Positions 9,055-19,356 are shown, counted from the stretch's first letter. The stretch: 60,232 nt of DNA from Candidatus Hydrothermales bacterium (GCA_039630575.1 JBCNUW010000012.1:1-60232); one strand, 5' to 3'. Made by a program: numbers and translations. Notes: generated from the sequence alone by a model not told the origin.

Positions 9055-11271
9055 ATGATTAAAGCAATTTATCTTTTAACTTTAATTCAACTGAAAGAAG
9101 AAGTGATTCTTAAAAAGCTTACCCCTAAAGTTGATGGAATTGTTTCTTATGAAGAATGGGCTAAAGAAGCTGCGCTTTATAACTTCTTTGAGATTCAGCC
9201 AGAAGAGGGTAAAATTCCTCCATTTAAAACAGAAGCCTATACAGGTTATGACAATGAAAATCTTTATTTTGCTTTTAAATGCTATGATGATATAAAGACT
9301 ATTAGAAAGACTCTTACAAAAAGAGATGAAGTAGTGATGAATGATATGTTGGTAATTTATCTTGATACTTATGGAAAGGAAAAAGAAGGTTATATTTTTG
9401 GAACAAATCCATTAGGTGTCCAATTTGATGGAATTAAAGGACCTCCACCGCAAATGAATGAAGACTGGTCATTTGATACCTATTTTGAGGTAAAGTCCTT
9501 TATTTCTGATTCTTTCTGGTCCTGTGAATTTAAAATCCCCTTTTCATCTTTAAGATTTGAAAACAAAGATAAACAAGAATGGAATTTAATACTTATAAGA
9601 ATAAGACCAAGGGAAACTTTCACAATTTATTCATTTCCTTTAGTTTCAAAAAATATTCCTTCCTTTTTTGGGCAAGGTGCAAAGATAATAATTCCTGAAA
9701 AGATTTATTCAAAAGAAAAAAAGAACGATTTTATTCCCTATTTAATAGGTTCTCAGAGTGGAATAAGAAAAATAAATTATGAAAATGATAGAGGTAAATT
9801 TAATCTTGGTTTATCAGGGAAAGCAAGATTTTTACAGAATTTAGTTCTTGATTATGCCCTAAACCCTGATTTTGCTCAAATAGAGACAGATATTCCACAG
9901 ATAGATGTAAATACAACTTATGCATTGTATTATCCAGAGAAAAGACCACTTTTTATGGAAGGTTCAGAGTTTATAAAAATGCCCATTAATCTATTTTATA
10001 CAAGGATGGTTAATAATCCATTGTATGCATTAAAACTTACAGGAAAAGTTTCTATTTTTGATTTATACTTTCTTTCATCCTATGATGAGAATACTTTTTA
10101 TCTTTTGCCCTTTGAAGATGCAAGTTTTGATTTTTGTAGCAATAAAAAAAGTTTTATAAATCTCTTAAGGATTCGTTCAGAATTTTTAAACAAAGAATCC
10201 CATATAGGTATTTTTATAGGAGATAGAGAGGTAAAAAATGATGACTTCGATAATGGTTTTAATAGGATATTTGGATTTGATGCAAAGTTAAGATTTTTAA
10301 AACATTATACAATAAGTTATCATGGGGGATATTCCATTACAAAGGAGCCAGAAGACGCAAGTTTATTTAGTGGAATAGGTATAATCTTTAAAGATTATAC
10401 GGATAGATTTGATGGCGAAAAATTTTTAGGTTATGCAAATCGTTTAGTATTCAGCTCTTCATTCAAAAATTTACATTTTTCCCTATATTACGATGAATAT
10501 TCACCGACTTTCCGTTCAGATATAGGATTTATTAATGGAAACAATATAAGAGAAAGGGGGTTCAACATAAGCCCAATTTTTTATCCCAATAGATTTTATT
10601 TAACAGAGATTTCATTTTGGACAAGATATGAAAAAGAAACAAATTTTGAAAAAATATTTAAAGAAGAAGAGATAGAAGCTGGTTTTAATACAAAATTTTC
10701 CTTTGCTCAACTTGAACTTGGTTTTGAATATTCAAGGGAAAACGAGAATGTTTTTAACATTTATTTTCTTGATTATTCAAGGTTTAATAACATATATTTC
10801 TCTTCTTTTTGGTTAAAAGGGATGCCTTACAAATTCTTACTTTTCCATTTATACTATGGAGAAGGTAAAGATATATTTTATCAAGTTGATACACTTGTTT
10901 ACCAAAATGTTTTTTCAAGTAATATTAGTTTTTTATATACAAAATTAATTATTTCTTTAGGTTTAGAAAAACAAAATTTTTATTTTAAAAGATATAAAGA
11001 AAAGATAACAGAAGCCTCTGTCTTTTACTCTTCTTTAAATTATAGTTTTACTCAAAAGATTTCTTTGAGATTTACAATGTCATATTATAAAGGCTCAATT
11101 GGAATCTATCCCTTATTCACCTATCAAGTTAATCCCTTTACATTCTTTTATCTTGGTGCAAATGTAAATGCTTTTAAATACGGAGATTTATTTAAAGGCA
11201 AAAAACCTTTTAAATTGGAAGGAGAAGACCATCAGATATTCTTAAAATTACAGTATGTTTTTAAAATCTAA
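9055..11271 (+). CDS. CBM9-like + DUF5916 outer-membrane protein
   Basis: GYDNENLYFAFKCYD, WSCEFKIPFSSLRF, NPDFAQIETD, YPEKRPLFMEG, LFYTR; beta-barrel-like aromatic C-terminus; SD AAGGAGG. Confidence 0.8.
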   Translation: MIKAIYLLTLIQLKEEVILKKLTPKVDGIVSYEEWAKEAALYNFFEIQPEEGKIPPFKTEAYTGYDNENLYFAFKCYDDIKTIRKTLTKRDEVVMNDMLVIYLDTYGKEKEGYIFGTNPLGVQFDGIKGPPPQMNEDWSFDTYFEVKSFISDSFWSCEFKIPFSSLRFENKDKQEWNLILIRIRPRETFTIYSFPLVSKNIPSFFGQGAKIIIPEKIYSKEKKNDFIPYLIGSQSGIRKINYENDRGKFNLGLSGKARFLQNLVLDYALNPDFAQIETDIPQIDVNTTYALYYPEKRPLFMEGSEFIKMPINLFYTRMVNNPLYALKLTGKVSIFDLYFLSSYDENTFYLLPFEDASFDFCSNKKSFINLLRIRSEFLNKESHIGIFIGDREVKNDDFDNGFNRIFGFDAKLRFLKHYTISYHGGYSITKEPEDASLFSGIGIIFKDYTDRFDGEKFLGYANRLVFSSSFKNLHFSLYYDEYSPTFRSDIGFINGNNIRERGFNISPIFYPNRFYLTEISFWTRYEKETNFEKIFKEEEIEAGFNTKFSFAQLELGFEYSRENENVFNIYFLDYSRFNNIYFSSFWLKGMPYKFLLFHLYYGEGKDIFYQVDTLVYQNVFSSNISFLYTKLIISLGLEKQNFYFKRYKEKITEASVFYSSLNYSFTQKISLRFTMSYYKGSIGIYPLFTYQVNPFTFFYLGANVNAFKYGDLFKGKKPFKLEGEDHQIFLKLQYVFKI

Positions 11272-11540
11272 TCTTTAAAAAGAAGGTTTTTCCACATAAG
11301 AAAAAGTATTAGGAATTGATATAATAAAAAAATAAGGTAAATTCTTTACGAGGTATGTCAAATAGCATCACAAGTTAGGTTGTAAATGAAATTCTTTAAA
11401 TTAAACATGTAAAAGCAAAATTTTAGAACTTAAAAATTATTAAGGACAATTAAATTTAAAATTCCTTATTATTTGGAGAGAAACCAAAAATTAAAACTTA
11501 CTTTTTTTAAAAATTATATAAATTGCTCTATAATTCAAAT

Positions 11541-11861
11541 ATGGAGATAGCGCTTTCAATAATAGGTTCTGGAGTTACCTTTTTAGCAGTTGCTGTCACA
11601 TATCTTGCCTGGAGAAATAGAAAAATTACAAGAGAAAATACTTTAAAAATTGTTGAAGAAATGCGTAAAGGATTTGAAAGGACTCATGAAGAGATTAAAA
11701 TGGGATTTGAGAAGATGGAAAAAGAGTTTGAAAGGATACATACTGAGATTAAAATCGGGTTTGAGGGGATGCATGAAGATTTAAAACTTATCGCACTTTT
11801 AATTCTTGAAGAAACAAAAGAGGAAAAAGAAAAACTTGCAAAAAAAATTCTAAGAGAATAA
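11541..11861 (+). CDS. Small membrane-anchored coiled-coil protein with short internal repeats
   Basis: N-terminal TM helix; repeats GFERTHEEIK / GFEKMEKEFERIHTEIK / GFEGMHEDLK; ATG at 11541 lies 6 nt after TATAAT. Confidence 0.7.
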   Translation: MEIALSIIGSGVTFLAVAVTYLAWRNRKITRENTLKIVEEMRKGFERTHEEIKMGFEKMEKEFERIHTEIKIGFEGMHEDLKLIALLILEETKEEKEKLAKKILRE

Positions 11862-11866
11862 AAGGA

Positions 11867-12592
11867 GTGTATAAAAAAATAATTAAATTGTTACTCTTTG
11901 GAGTAATAAATATGTGAAATCTCAGCGGAAAAAAACCAGAAAGTAGGAGAAGCATCTTCATGGCTTAGAGGTGATCAATTTGACAGATTTAAAAACCTAC
12001 AAATTTTTATTAGGTGTGGTGTGGATATTTTAAATGTCTTAGATCCTAAAAAAACCAGTTAAAATCGGAGAAATTCATACAAGAGGTGTAGTTTATAAAC
12101 TATTTTATCATCAATCAACTTAAAACTTTACATTGCAGCAGGTATGGAAAGTATTGAGATATGGGATCTTTCACAAGCTACAAATCCTATAAAACTTTAA
12201 TTATTATTTCACACCTGGCTATGCTGTTGGTGTTTATGTTCTGACGATTGTGCTTATGTTGCTGATAATGAAACCGGCTTACAGATTTATTAACTCCTTT
12301 AAGTAAATACAGAAGAAAATACTCATCCAAGTATAAAAAGTGTAAAGTTATTAAAGAATCCTGTTAAAAATAAGATTGAACTTGAGCTAAATTTAAAATG
12401 TAACAAAAAAAATTTGTTATTGAACTTTATAATGTCCTTGGCAAAAGGATTAAAACTTATAATCTACTTGGATCTTATAGTGGCAAAGTTTTTCTTAACA
12501 TAGACAAAATTCCATCTGGTATCTATTTCTTAAAGAGTAGTAAAGAAATTCCAACTTGTTATAAAGTGGTAATTAAAGGTAGGTCAAATTAG
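11867..12592 (+). pseudogene. Decayed LVIVD-repeat protein with T9SS-type C-terminal sorting domain
   Basis: Fragments broken by stops and frameshifts: GVDILNVLDPK, LYIAAGMESIEIWDLSQATNPIKL, TPGYAVGVYV, AYVADNETGLQIY, then NPVKNKIEL..ELYNVLGKRIK..IPSGIYFLK..KVVIK. Confidence 0.75.
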
Positions 12593-12862
12593 GGTTAAGC
12601 TCATAGTTTTACATATCCTTATAGTAAGTTAATCTCCTTATCCCTTTTTACTTTTACCCCTTAAAAACTAAATCATATATTTCTTTTTATCAGCGCAACG
12701 TTCCAAATATGTCTCCATCCAAACTACTTTTAGACAATAAATCAGAAGTTGCCAGCAAGATCTTTATCATAGAGTTTGTTTTAGATATAAACACATTCAA
12801 GTAAACTTTCTGGAATAATTTTTCTCCCTAATTTTTCTCGATATTTTCTTAAAATTTAGATC

Positions 12863-13885
12863 TTAACTTATATAATCCTTTAAATTTTTAACAATATCTT
12901 TTAACGGTTTTACCTTAAACCATTCCCTTTCTGTTAACTCATTTGCGTAAGCTTTATATATATCCTCTATCATTTTTTTTAACTCAAAAGGTAAGTTGGG
13001 AGGCAAAATTTCCACATGTTTTTTCCAGTTTATCCTGTCTATCTCTTTCGCCTTTTCAACTTTCTCATACCATTCGGTTTTTCTATAAAATATTCTCGCT
13101 ATCTCTTTACTTAAATGAATTCCCTCATAGGTAAAACGGCACTCATCAAGTGTACCAATCGCATCTACAACTATTAAATTTCTATTCTCATCAAAACCAA
13201 ATTCAAATTTACCATCTTCGTTTGAAAGGTAAATTCTTTTTACTTCATCAGTAATTAAATTGTTTATAAAAAGAGTCTTTGTCTTTATCTCTTCTATTTC
13301 TTCATCTTTCAGAGCAGCAATCTTTTTAGCTTCACTCAAATTAATATATCTATCTGTTATTTCAAGTTTTGTTGATACATCGATCAAAGGACTACTTAGT
13401 CTATCTCCTGGTTTTGGCATCTCTTTCAAACCAATATCCTCAAGTCTTAACTTACCCTCTTTTAGCCTCTTAAAGACTGATGAACCCTCAGGAAGTGAAT
13501 TTCTGTAAATTATCTCAAGGGGTATTAAAAAGTTACCCTTTTCTTTTTCATAAATTGAATAATCGTAAATTCCCTCCCTAATTTCTGGTTTTAAAACCCT
13601 TAGTAGTTTTATTTCCATAACACTACAAGGATCCTTTAAATCTTTGAGTCTCTTTAAAGTACCATTTTCAAGAAGTCCTATGTAATGAGTTTTAATACCC
13701 ATCTCTTCAAGTTTTTCAAAAAAGTAAGCAGTTACTATACATGTGGCTTTCCCTTTACCATCTATATGATCAGGCATTTCACCCCAATCAAAAACAGAGT
13801 ACCTATCTGAAAATTCAAATCTTCCAATACCAGAAATTTGATTCTCGGGCTTTTTAATTATCATCAAATCTTTTACACTACCCAT
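12863..13885 (-). CDS. purC: SAICAR synthase (long, archaeal-like type)
   Basis: MGSVKDL, FSDRYSVFDWG, PLEIIYRN, STKLE, DGKFEFG, DAIGTLDECRF; adjacent to purE. Confidence 0.92.
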   Translation of the reverse strand: MGSVKDLMIIKKPENQISGIGRFEFSDRYSVFDWGEMPDHIDGKGKATCIVTAYFFEKLEEMGIKTHYIGLLENGTLKRLKDLKDPCSVMEIKLLRVLKPEIREGIYDYSIYEKEKGNFLIPLEIIYRNSLPEGSSVFKRLKEGKLRLEDIGLKEMPKPGDRLSSPLIDVSTKLEITDRYINLSEAKKIAALKDEEIEEIKTKTLFINNLITDEVKRIYLSNEDGKFEFGFDENRNLIVVDAIGTLDECRFTYEGIHLSKEIARIFYRKTEWYEKVEKAKEIDRINWKKHVEILPPNLPFELKKMIEDIYKAYANELTEREWFKVKPLKDIVKNLKDYIS

Positions 13886-13888
13886 AGT

Positions 13889-14359
13889 TTAACTCCCTAT
13901 AAGCTCTCTGTCAGACTCTTCAATTTCTTTTATTTTAACTTCTTTATATTTTCTTAACTTTTCCTCCAGATTTTTATCTTTCATAGCCATTATTTTTAGA
14001 GTCGCCAAAGCGGCTCCTTCAGGTTCCAGGACAGTTAAAGGTGCAACACCAGATGGCATTCTTAAACTTGAAAATATATCTACACCACTAAACTTATCAC
14101 TGTATGGTGGAGCTGCTATACATGGTTTTGTAGTGTTAGCATCAACAAATCCACTTAAAGCGTTGCTCCTTCCTGCCACAGTAATAAACACAACATCTTG
14201 ATTTTCGTATTCTTTTAAAATCTCTAAAACTTTCAAAGGGGTTTTGTGAGCTGAAGCAATCCTTAGAACACAATCAACACCAAACTCCTTTAATTTGTTA
14301 AGTATTTTTATTGCATGATCATAATCAGCCTTTGATCCCATTATAATTATAGCTTTCAT
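13889..14359 (-). CDS. purE: AIR carboxylase / N5-CAIR mutase
   Basis: IIMGSKAD, IASAHKTP, AGRSNALSG, SSLRMPSGV. Confidence 0.93.
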   Translation of the reverse strand: MKAIIIMGSKADYDHAIKILNKLKEFGVDCVLRIASAHKTPLKVLEILKEYENQDVVFITVAGRSNALSGFVDANTTKPCIAAPPYSDKFSGVDIFSSLRMPSGVAPLTVLEPEGAALATLKIMAMKDKNLEEKLRKYKEVKIKEIEESDRELIGS

Positions 14360-14427
14360 ATATTTCCTCTTTTTAATTTTTTAGTATATAATTAATTAAA
14401 ATTAAAATTCAACTTTCATATAACGAT

Positions 14428-14937
14428 ATGAATAACTCTCAATTTGCAATTGTTATGAGAGGGGCTCCACGAGCAGGTAAAACAGTTATTTCTAAAAAAA
14501 TCTTCGAAAACCTTAAAGAAAAAGGAGTAATATTAGTTCAATACGATGAAATTTTTAAAATTAAAAAAAATTTTGAAAAAAATAGAATAAGATTTTCAAT
14601 CTTCTATGAGATTGTAAAAAAACTATTAAAAGAGGGATACTCCCTAATTCTTGATTACTCGTTCACCCATAGAAACGAATTGATGAAAATTTTAAAATAT
14701 ATAAAGAAAAAGAAAATAAGATACAGAATTTATCTTTTAAACCCTCCCTTTGAAACCCTTTTAGAAAGAGACAAAAAATCTATTGAACCAAAGGGAGAAG
14801 AAAAACTTCTTAAATTTTATAATAGACTTTTAAAAAACATAAATCCATGCTCAATAACAATAGATACAGCTAAATTATCTGAAGAGGAGTCTTTAGAATT
14901 AATCTTAAAAGATTTAAAAGAAAATGATATTATTTAA
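14428..14937 (+). CDS. P-loop small-molecule kinase (AAA_33 / NMP-kinase-like)
   Basis: GAPRAGKT Walker A, LILD Walker B, LLERD lid motif, IDT C-terminal strand. Confidence 0.75.
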   Translation: MNNSQFAIVMRGAPRAGKTVISKKIFENLKEKGVILVQYDEIFKIKKNFEKNRIRFSIFYEIVKKLLKEGYSLILDYSFTHRNELMKILKYIKKKKIRYRIYLLNPPFETLLERDKKSIEPKGEEKLLKFYNRLLKNINPCSITIDTAKLSEEESLELILKDLKENDII

Positions 14938-15577
14938 AGCACACCCTGACTCAAAACCAAAAGACGGAATAATCTCAAAATACTTAAACAGATACATCTC
15001 CTCACTCTTTACAAAAATTATAATTAAAACAAACATAACTCCTAATAGGATAACTTTTATTTTCCTTATAATATTCTCAAGTTTACTTATTTTATCAGGA
15101 ATACTTAAAAGTGTTTTTTTAACCGGGCTTTTTTATCAACTTGCATCAATTTTTGATGGTGTTGATGGAGAACTTGCAAGAAAGAAAAAACTCAGCTCAC
15201 AAGGTGGAGCACTCCTCGATACAGTATGCGACTACACAATTGACTCTATCGCTGCCTTTTCTTTTGGCTTATCCCTTACAAAATATAAAATAAATAATAT
15301 CATTATTCTTTTCACTGTCTCATTTACAATCACAACAAGACTTATTACCCAGTTCATAGTTAAAAATACAAGGGGTTTCAAAAGACACCTAGTAAGGGAT
15401 ACAAGGGATATCGTGGTTTTTGTTATATTTATATTTTCTATCTTAACAGAAATCTTTAAAAATCCCTACATCATGATTTTGGGACTGATACTTGTAAACA
15501 TATGGAGATGGGATAACGGAATTTATAGGTTGCATTGCTTTATAAAAAGTGAAAAAATAAATTCTCCTCAAAATTAA
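14924..15577 (+). CDS. CDP-alcohol phosphatidyltransferase, DIPP-synthase-like
   Basis: DGVDGELARKK..S..GALLDTVCD signature; N-terminal DGIISKYLNRYIS..ITPNRIT and a TRD motif as in DIPPS domains. Confidence 0.8.
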   Translation: MILFKAHPDSKPKDGIISKYLNRYISSLFTKIIIKTNITPNRITFIFLIIFSSLLILSGILKSVFLTGLFYQLASIFDGVDGELARKKKLSSQGGALLDTVCDYTIDSIAAFSFGLSLTKYKINNIIILFTVSFTITTRLITQFIVKNTRGFKRHLVRDTRDIVVFVIFIFSILTEIFKNPYIMILGLILVNIWRWDNGIYRLHCFIKSEKINSPQN

Positions 15578-16041
15578 ATTCTTTTTACCCAAATCTCCTT
15601 TGACTCTCCCTCTGCATAAAAATCTTTAATTTCAGCCTCCCTTTCAAAACCCATCTTCCTATAAAACGATCTTGCTCTTTTATGTCTGGCCTGCGTCTCC
15701 AAAACAATCAACCTCGCATTCCTCACTTTAACTTCTCTAAAAAATTCCTCCCAAAGGATTTGAGCAACACCTTTACCATAAAACTCTGGATCAACTGCTA
15801 TCCACAAAAGCTCTATAACAGAATCAGCAAGAAGATTTTCTGAAAAGAATATAAATCCTATGAGTCTTTCATCCTCAAATATACCTAACCCCTCGTACTC
15901 ACCCCTTTCTATTCCATCAAAAACGTAAAGACAGGTTTTTCTATCCCTCTCTAAAAATTCCTCTGTTTTATTTACTATCTCCTCAACAAAACGCCTATGC
16001 CCATTGAAAATCTTAGATATTTTTAATTCCTTTACTTTCAT
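15574..16041 (-). CDS. GNAT N-acetyltransferase
   Basis: WIAVDPEFYGKGVA acetyl-CoA motif, ARSFYRKMGF, IKDFYAEG. Confidence 0.88.
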   Translation of the reverse strand: MKVKELKISKIFNGHRRFVEEIVNKTEEFLERDRKTCLYVFDGIERGEYEGLGIFEDERLIGFIFFSENLLADSVIELLWIAVDPEFYGKGVAQILWEEFFREVKVRNARLIVLETQARHKRARSFYRKMGFEREAEIKDFYAEGESKEIWVKRI

Positions 16042-17012
16042 AACCTCCTCATTAAAGCCCTCTCTATTAGTCTTTCAATAAAAACACTATAAGGAATACC
16101 AGCATAATTCAAAGCTTTATAAAAACCAGAATCAACAGAGATATCGGGATTCGGATTTGCCTCAATAAAGTAAATTTCACCACTTTTATTCATCCTTAAG
16201 TCTATCCTACCGTAATCCCTCATTTCAAGTATTTTAAAAACTTTCAGTGAAAGACTTTTAATCTCCCCTATTTTATCCTCTTCAAGTTGAGCAGGATAGA
16301 TAACAGGCGTTAAATGGTATTCTTCACTTTTTTTGTTCCACTTTGAATTATAGGTTAAAATTCTTGGTTCTGTCTTAAAAATAACCTCACCTATCCCTAT
16401 TACTCTATCCTCAAAAATAGAAACATTAAACTCTCTACCATCTATGTACTCTTCAGCAAAAAACTCGACATCTAATTTTTTTATCTCTTCTAAAATTTTA
16501 AAATAATCATCCCTTTCATAAATTACATTTTTTTTCTCAATAAAAAGACTAGAATCACATCTTATAGGTTTTAAAATTAAAGGTAAAAATTTTATCTGAT
16601 CTGAATCAGGCAAGAAAAAAGAAGGTGTTTTTATACCGTAAAAGGAAACCAAAATTTTTGCCTTTATCTTATCTAAACAGATTGAAAAACTCCTTGGCGG
16701 TGAACCTGTATAAGGTATTTTAAATGCCTCAAGTACACCAGCAACCCAGCTCTCCCCCTCTGGATTACCCTCAAAATCTTCACAGAGATTAAAAACAACA
16801 TCAAAATCCTTTTTTCTTAACCTGTCTATCCATAAATAACTTTCATCTACTGGGAGCAAAAAATAGCTATAAGATAAATTCTCTAAAACTCTCTTGACTG
16901 CATTTACCTCATCATAGACACTCTCCCTATCAGGCTTATCTCTATATCTTGAACTGTTAAATAGTAAACAAACTCTTAACTTATTTTTTAATACCATACC
17001 TCTCAAAAGCAC
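16038..17012 (-). CDS. ATP-grasp ligase, D-Ala-D-Ala ligase-like (copy 2)
   Basis: VFNLCE, PYTGS, DKIKAK, EEYIDGREFNV, DYGRIDLR, IEANPNPD; start may be 16997. Confidence 0.85.
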   Translation of the reverse strand: MLLRGMVLKNKLRVCLLFNSSRYRDKPDRESVYDEVNAVKRVLENLSYSYFLLPVDESYLWIDRLRKKDFDVVFNLCEDFEGNPEGESWVAGVLEAFKIPYTGSPPRSFSICLDKIKAKILVSFYGIKTPSFFLPDSDQIKFLPLILKPIRCDSSLFIEKKNVIYERDDYFKILEEIKKLDVEFFAEEYIDGREFNVSIFEDRVIGIGEVIFKTEPRILTYNSKWNKKSEEYHLTPVIYPAQLEEDKIGEIKSLSLKVFKILEMRDYGRIDLRMNKSGEIYFIEANPNPDISVDSGFYKALNYAGIPYSVFIERLIERALMRRL

Positions 17013-17973
17013 TATCTAATATCATTCTTATTATTTCACTATAGGTAAATCCCTTCTTGTAAGCCATTATAGGAAAATCACTTGTCTCAGGATTTAACCC
17101 TGGAAGTGGATTTATCTCAAGAAAATAAGGTCTTAAATCCTCATCAAGTCTAAAATCAAATCTTGAAAAATCTCTCAAATTTAAATATCTAAATAACTTT
17201 AAAACATATCTTTTTATCTCCTTTAATACATCCTCTGGTATTTCAGGCGGTACAATATATTCAACTTCTTCTTTAAAATTTCTTTTTATCTCTAAAGAAT
17301 AAAGGAAATTAGAAAGCTCTAATCTCTTTGGCCTTAATTCCATAAAGCCCAAAAATTTAACTTTTTCATTACCTATAATTCCAACCGTAATCTCTTTTCC
17401 AGAAATAAATTTCTCTACAAGAATCTCCTCGTTATAAATATCAAAAAGCTCCAAAGCCTTTTCCCTTAACTCCTCTATACTGTTTACCTTTGAAGATAAC
17501 CTTAAACCTATACTGGAACCCTCGTTTTTTAATTTCAAAACACAAGGGAAACTATTAAATTTAAAATTTTTAATGTCACTTTTATTTTTAATAACCTTAA
17601 AGTAAGGTGTCCTAATATTCAAAGATTTTGCAAACCTCTTACAAAGTTCCTTATCAAGAGTTACGCTCAAAGCTAAAGGATCAGAACCTGAATAGGGTAT
17701 GTTAAAAATTTCACAAATAGATGGAATATGCCCCTCTCTTGATCTTGTTCCAAAACCTTCAGCTATATTGAATACAAAATCAGGCTTATCCTTTAAAATT
17801 TTTTCAATAAAACTTTTTCCGCTCCCAAGATAAATAACTTCAAATCCAAAACTCTTTAAAACTTTTCCTATTGAATCAACAGTTTGCTCTGAATCGAATT
17901 CTTCAAAAATGTCCTCCGGTAAAGAATCAGGTATTTCTTGGGGTTTCAAATCAAAAGCAACACCTATCCTCAT
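16981..17973 (-). CDS. ATP-grasp ligase, D-Ala-D-Ala ligase-like (copy 1)
   Basis: VFNIAEG..SRE, PYSGSD, EGSSIG, EKFISGKEITVG, RFDFR, LEINPLPGL. Confidence 0.87.
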   Translation of the reverse strand: MRIGVAFDLKPQEIPDSLPEDIFEEFDSEQTVDSIGKVLKSFGFEVIYLGSGKSFIEKILKDKPDFVFNIAEGFGTRSREGHIPSICEIFNIPYSGSDPLALSVTLDKELCKRFAKSLNIRTPYFKVIKNKSDIKNFKFNSFPCVLKLKNEGSSIGLRLSSKVNSIEELREKALELFDIYNEEILVEKFISGKEITVGIIGNEKVKFLGFMELRPKRLELSNFLYSLEIKRNFKEEVEYIVPPEIPEDVLKEIKRYVLKLFRYLNLRDFSRFDFRLDEDLRPYFLEINPLPGLNPETSDFPIMAYKKGFTYSEIIRMILDSAFERYGIKK

Positions 17974-18002
17974 AAATTTTAAATACTATTTTAAATCTTA
18001 AC

Positions 18003-19328
18003 TTATTTTCTACCTCTCCTTCTTTCCATCCTAATCACACCCTCTGGAACTAAATAACTTCCCTCACCTTTAATAAGTCCATACACACCCTCCTTACTTA
18101 AATACTCTGATTTTTCTCTACTCTTTTCATTATTCCAGGAATAGGAAACTATCATACCTTCGTAATTCCTTAAAATAACTTTTTCATCTGAGAGTGATAT
18201 AATGTAGTTCGGCATAACCGGAATTTTACCTCCTCCATAAGGTGCATCTACAACATAGGTGGGTATTGCAAGCCCTGAAACATGTCCCCTTAAAGATTCC
18301 ATTATTTCTATTCCTTTATAAACTGAAGTTCTAAAATGAGATACACCTTTTGTAGGGTCACAGTGAAAAAGGTAATATGGTCTTACCTTTATTTTCAAAA
18401 GACTTTTTAAAAGATCTCTCATAGTCTCAACATCATCATTTATTCCCTTTAAAAGAACAGCTTGATTGTTAACTGGTATCCCACATTTTAAAAGATTTAA
18501 AACTGCTTTTTTTGAAATCTCTGTTATTTCATTAGGATGATTAAAATGGGTATTTAGCCAAAGAAAATCATAACTTGAAAGAAGTTTTAAAAGTTCCTCA
18601 TCAAAAAGTCTCATAGGAAGAGTTACAGGAACTCTTGAACCTAACCTTACAACTTGAATTGATGGTATTTTACTTAGTCCATCAAGAATAAACTTTAGCT
18701 TCAGCAAAGGTAATGTCAAAGGATCACCACCTGAAAGTATAACTTCATTTATCTCTGGATGTTTTTTAAGATAGTCTTGTACCTTATCAAACTCACCGTA
18801 AAGTCTTATAGTTCCACCTTTTCCAAGCAACCTTTTTCTTGTGCAATGTCTACAATAAGTTGTGCAGAAGTTTGTTGTTATTAAAAGAGCTCTATCAGGA
18901 TACCTATGTATAAGTCCTGGAGCAGCTTCATCCTCCTCTTCTTCGAGAGGATCCCTTAAACCTCTTTGATCTTTAATTTCAAGAATTGTTGGAATAGCTT
19001 GCTTTCTAATAGGATCGTCGGGATCATTAGGATTTATGAGAGAAAGGTAATATGGAGAAATGAGAATTGAATAATTTCTTGCAACAAGCCTTATCTCTTT
19101 TTTCTCCTTTTCACTCAAAAAGGGGAAAGCTTCAAAAAGTTGTTCAGCTGTTCTGATTAAATTTTTTATCTGCCATCTCCAATCATAGAAAACTTCAGGT
19201 GGAATATCTCTATAAAGAGGATACCTTTGCCAGAAAAGTTTTTCTTCGGTATTTAATGAAGTACCTATAGGGGGAGGTTCTTCCCCCCTTAAGGTTTCCT
19301 TATTTTTTTCCTCCCTTTTTATTTCCAT
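18003..19328 (-). CDS. kamA: KamA-family radical SAM lysine 2,3-aminomutase-like enzyme
   Basis: HRYPDR, CTTYCRHC, SGGDPL, NTHFNHP, NQAVLL, RPYYLFHCD, GGGKIP (PLP lysine). Confidence 0.9.
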   Translation of the reverse strand: MEIKREEKNKETLRGEEPPPIGTSLNTEEKLFWQRYPLYRDIPPEVFYDWRWQIKNLIRTAEQLFEAFPFLSEKEKKEIRLVARNYSILISPYYLSLINPNDPDDPIRKQAIPTILEIKDQRGLRDPLEEEEDEAAPGLIHRYPDRALLITTNFCTTYCRHCTRKRLLGKGGTIRLYGEFDKVQDYLKKHPEINEVILSGGDPLTLPLLKLKFILDGLSKIPSIQVVRLGSRVPVTLPMRLFDEELLKLLSSYDFLWLNTHFNHPNEITEISKKAVLNLLKCGIPVNNQAVLLKGINDDVETMRDLLKSLLKIKVRPYYLFHCDPTKGVSHFRTSVYKGIEIMESLRGHVSGLAIPTYVVDAPYGGGKIPVMPNYIISLSDEKVILRNYEGMIVSYSWNNEKSREKSEYLSKEGVYGLIKGEGSYLVPEGVIRMERRRGRK

Positions 19329-19356
19329 ATTTTCCCTTTTAAAAGTTATATTTTAC

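Noticed and set aside
12690..12860. Coding-like minus-strand fragment after purC
   Set aside because: Multiple stops and no recognisable family
16038..17973. Cell-wall ddl or van-type resistance ligases
   Set aside because: They lack the Ddl N-terminal motif, and the context is kamA/GNAT rather than mur or van genes
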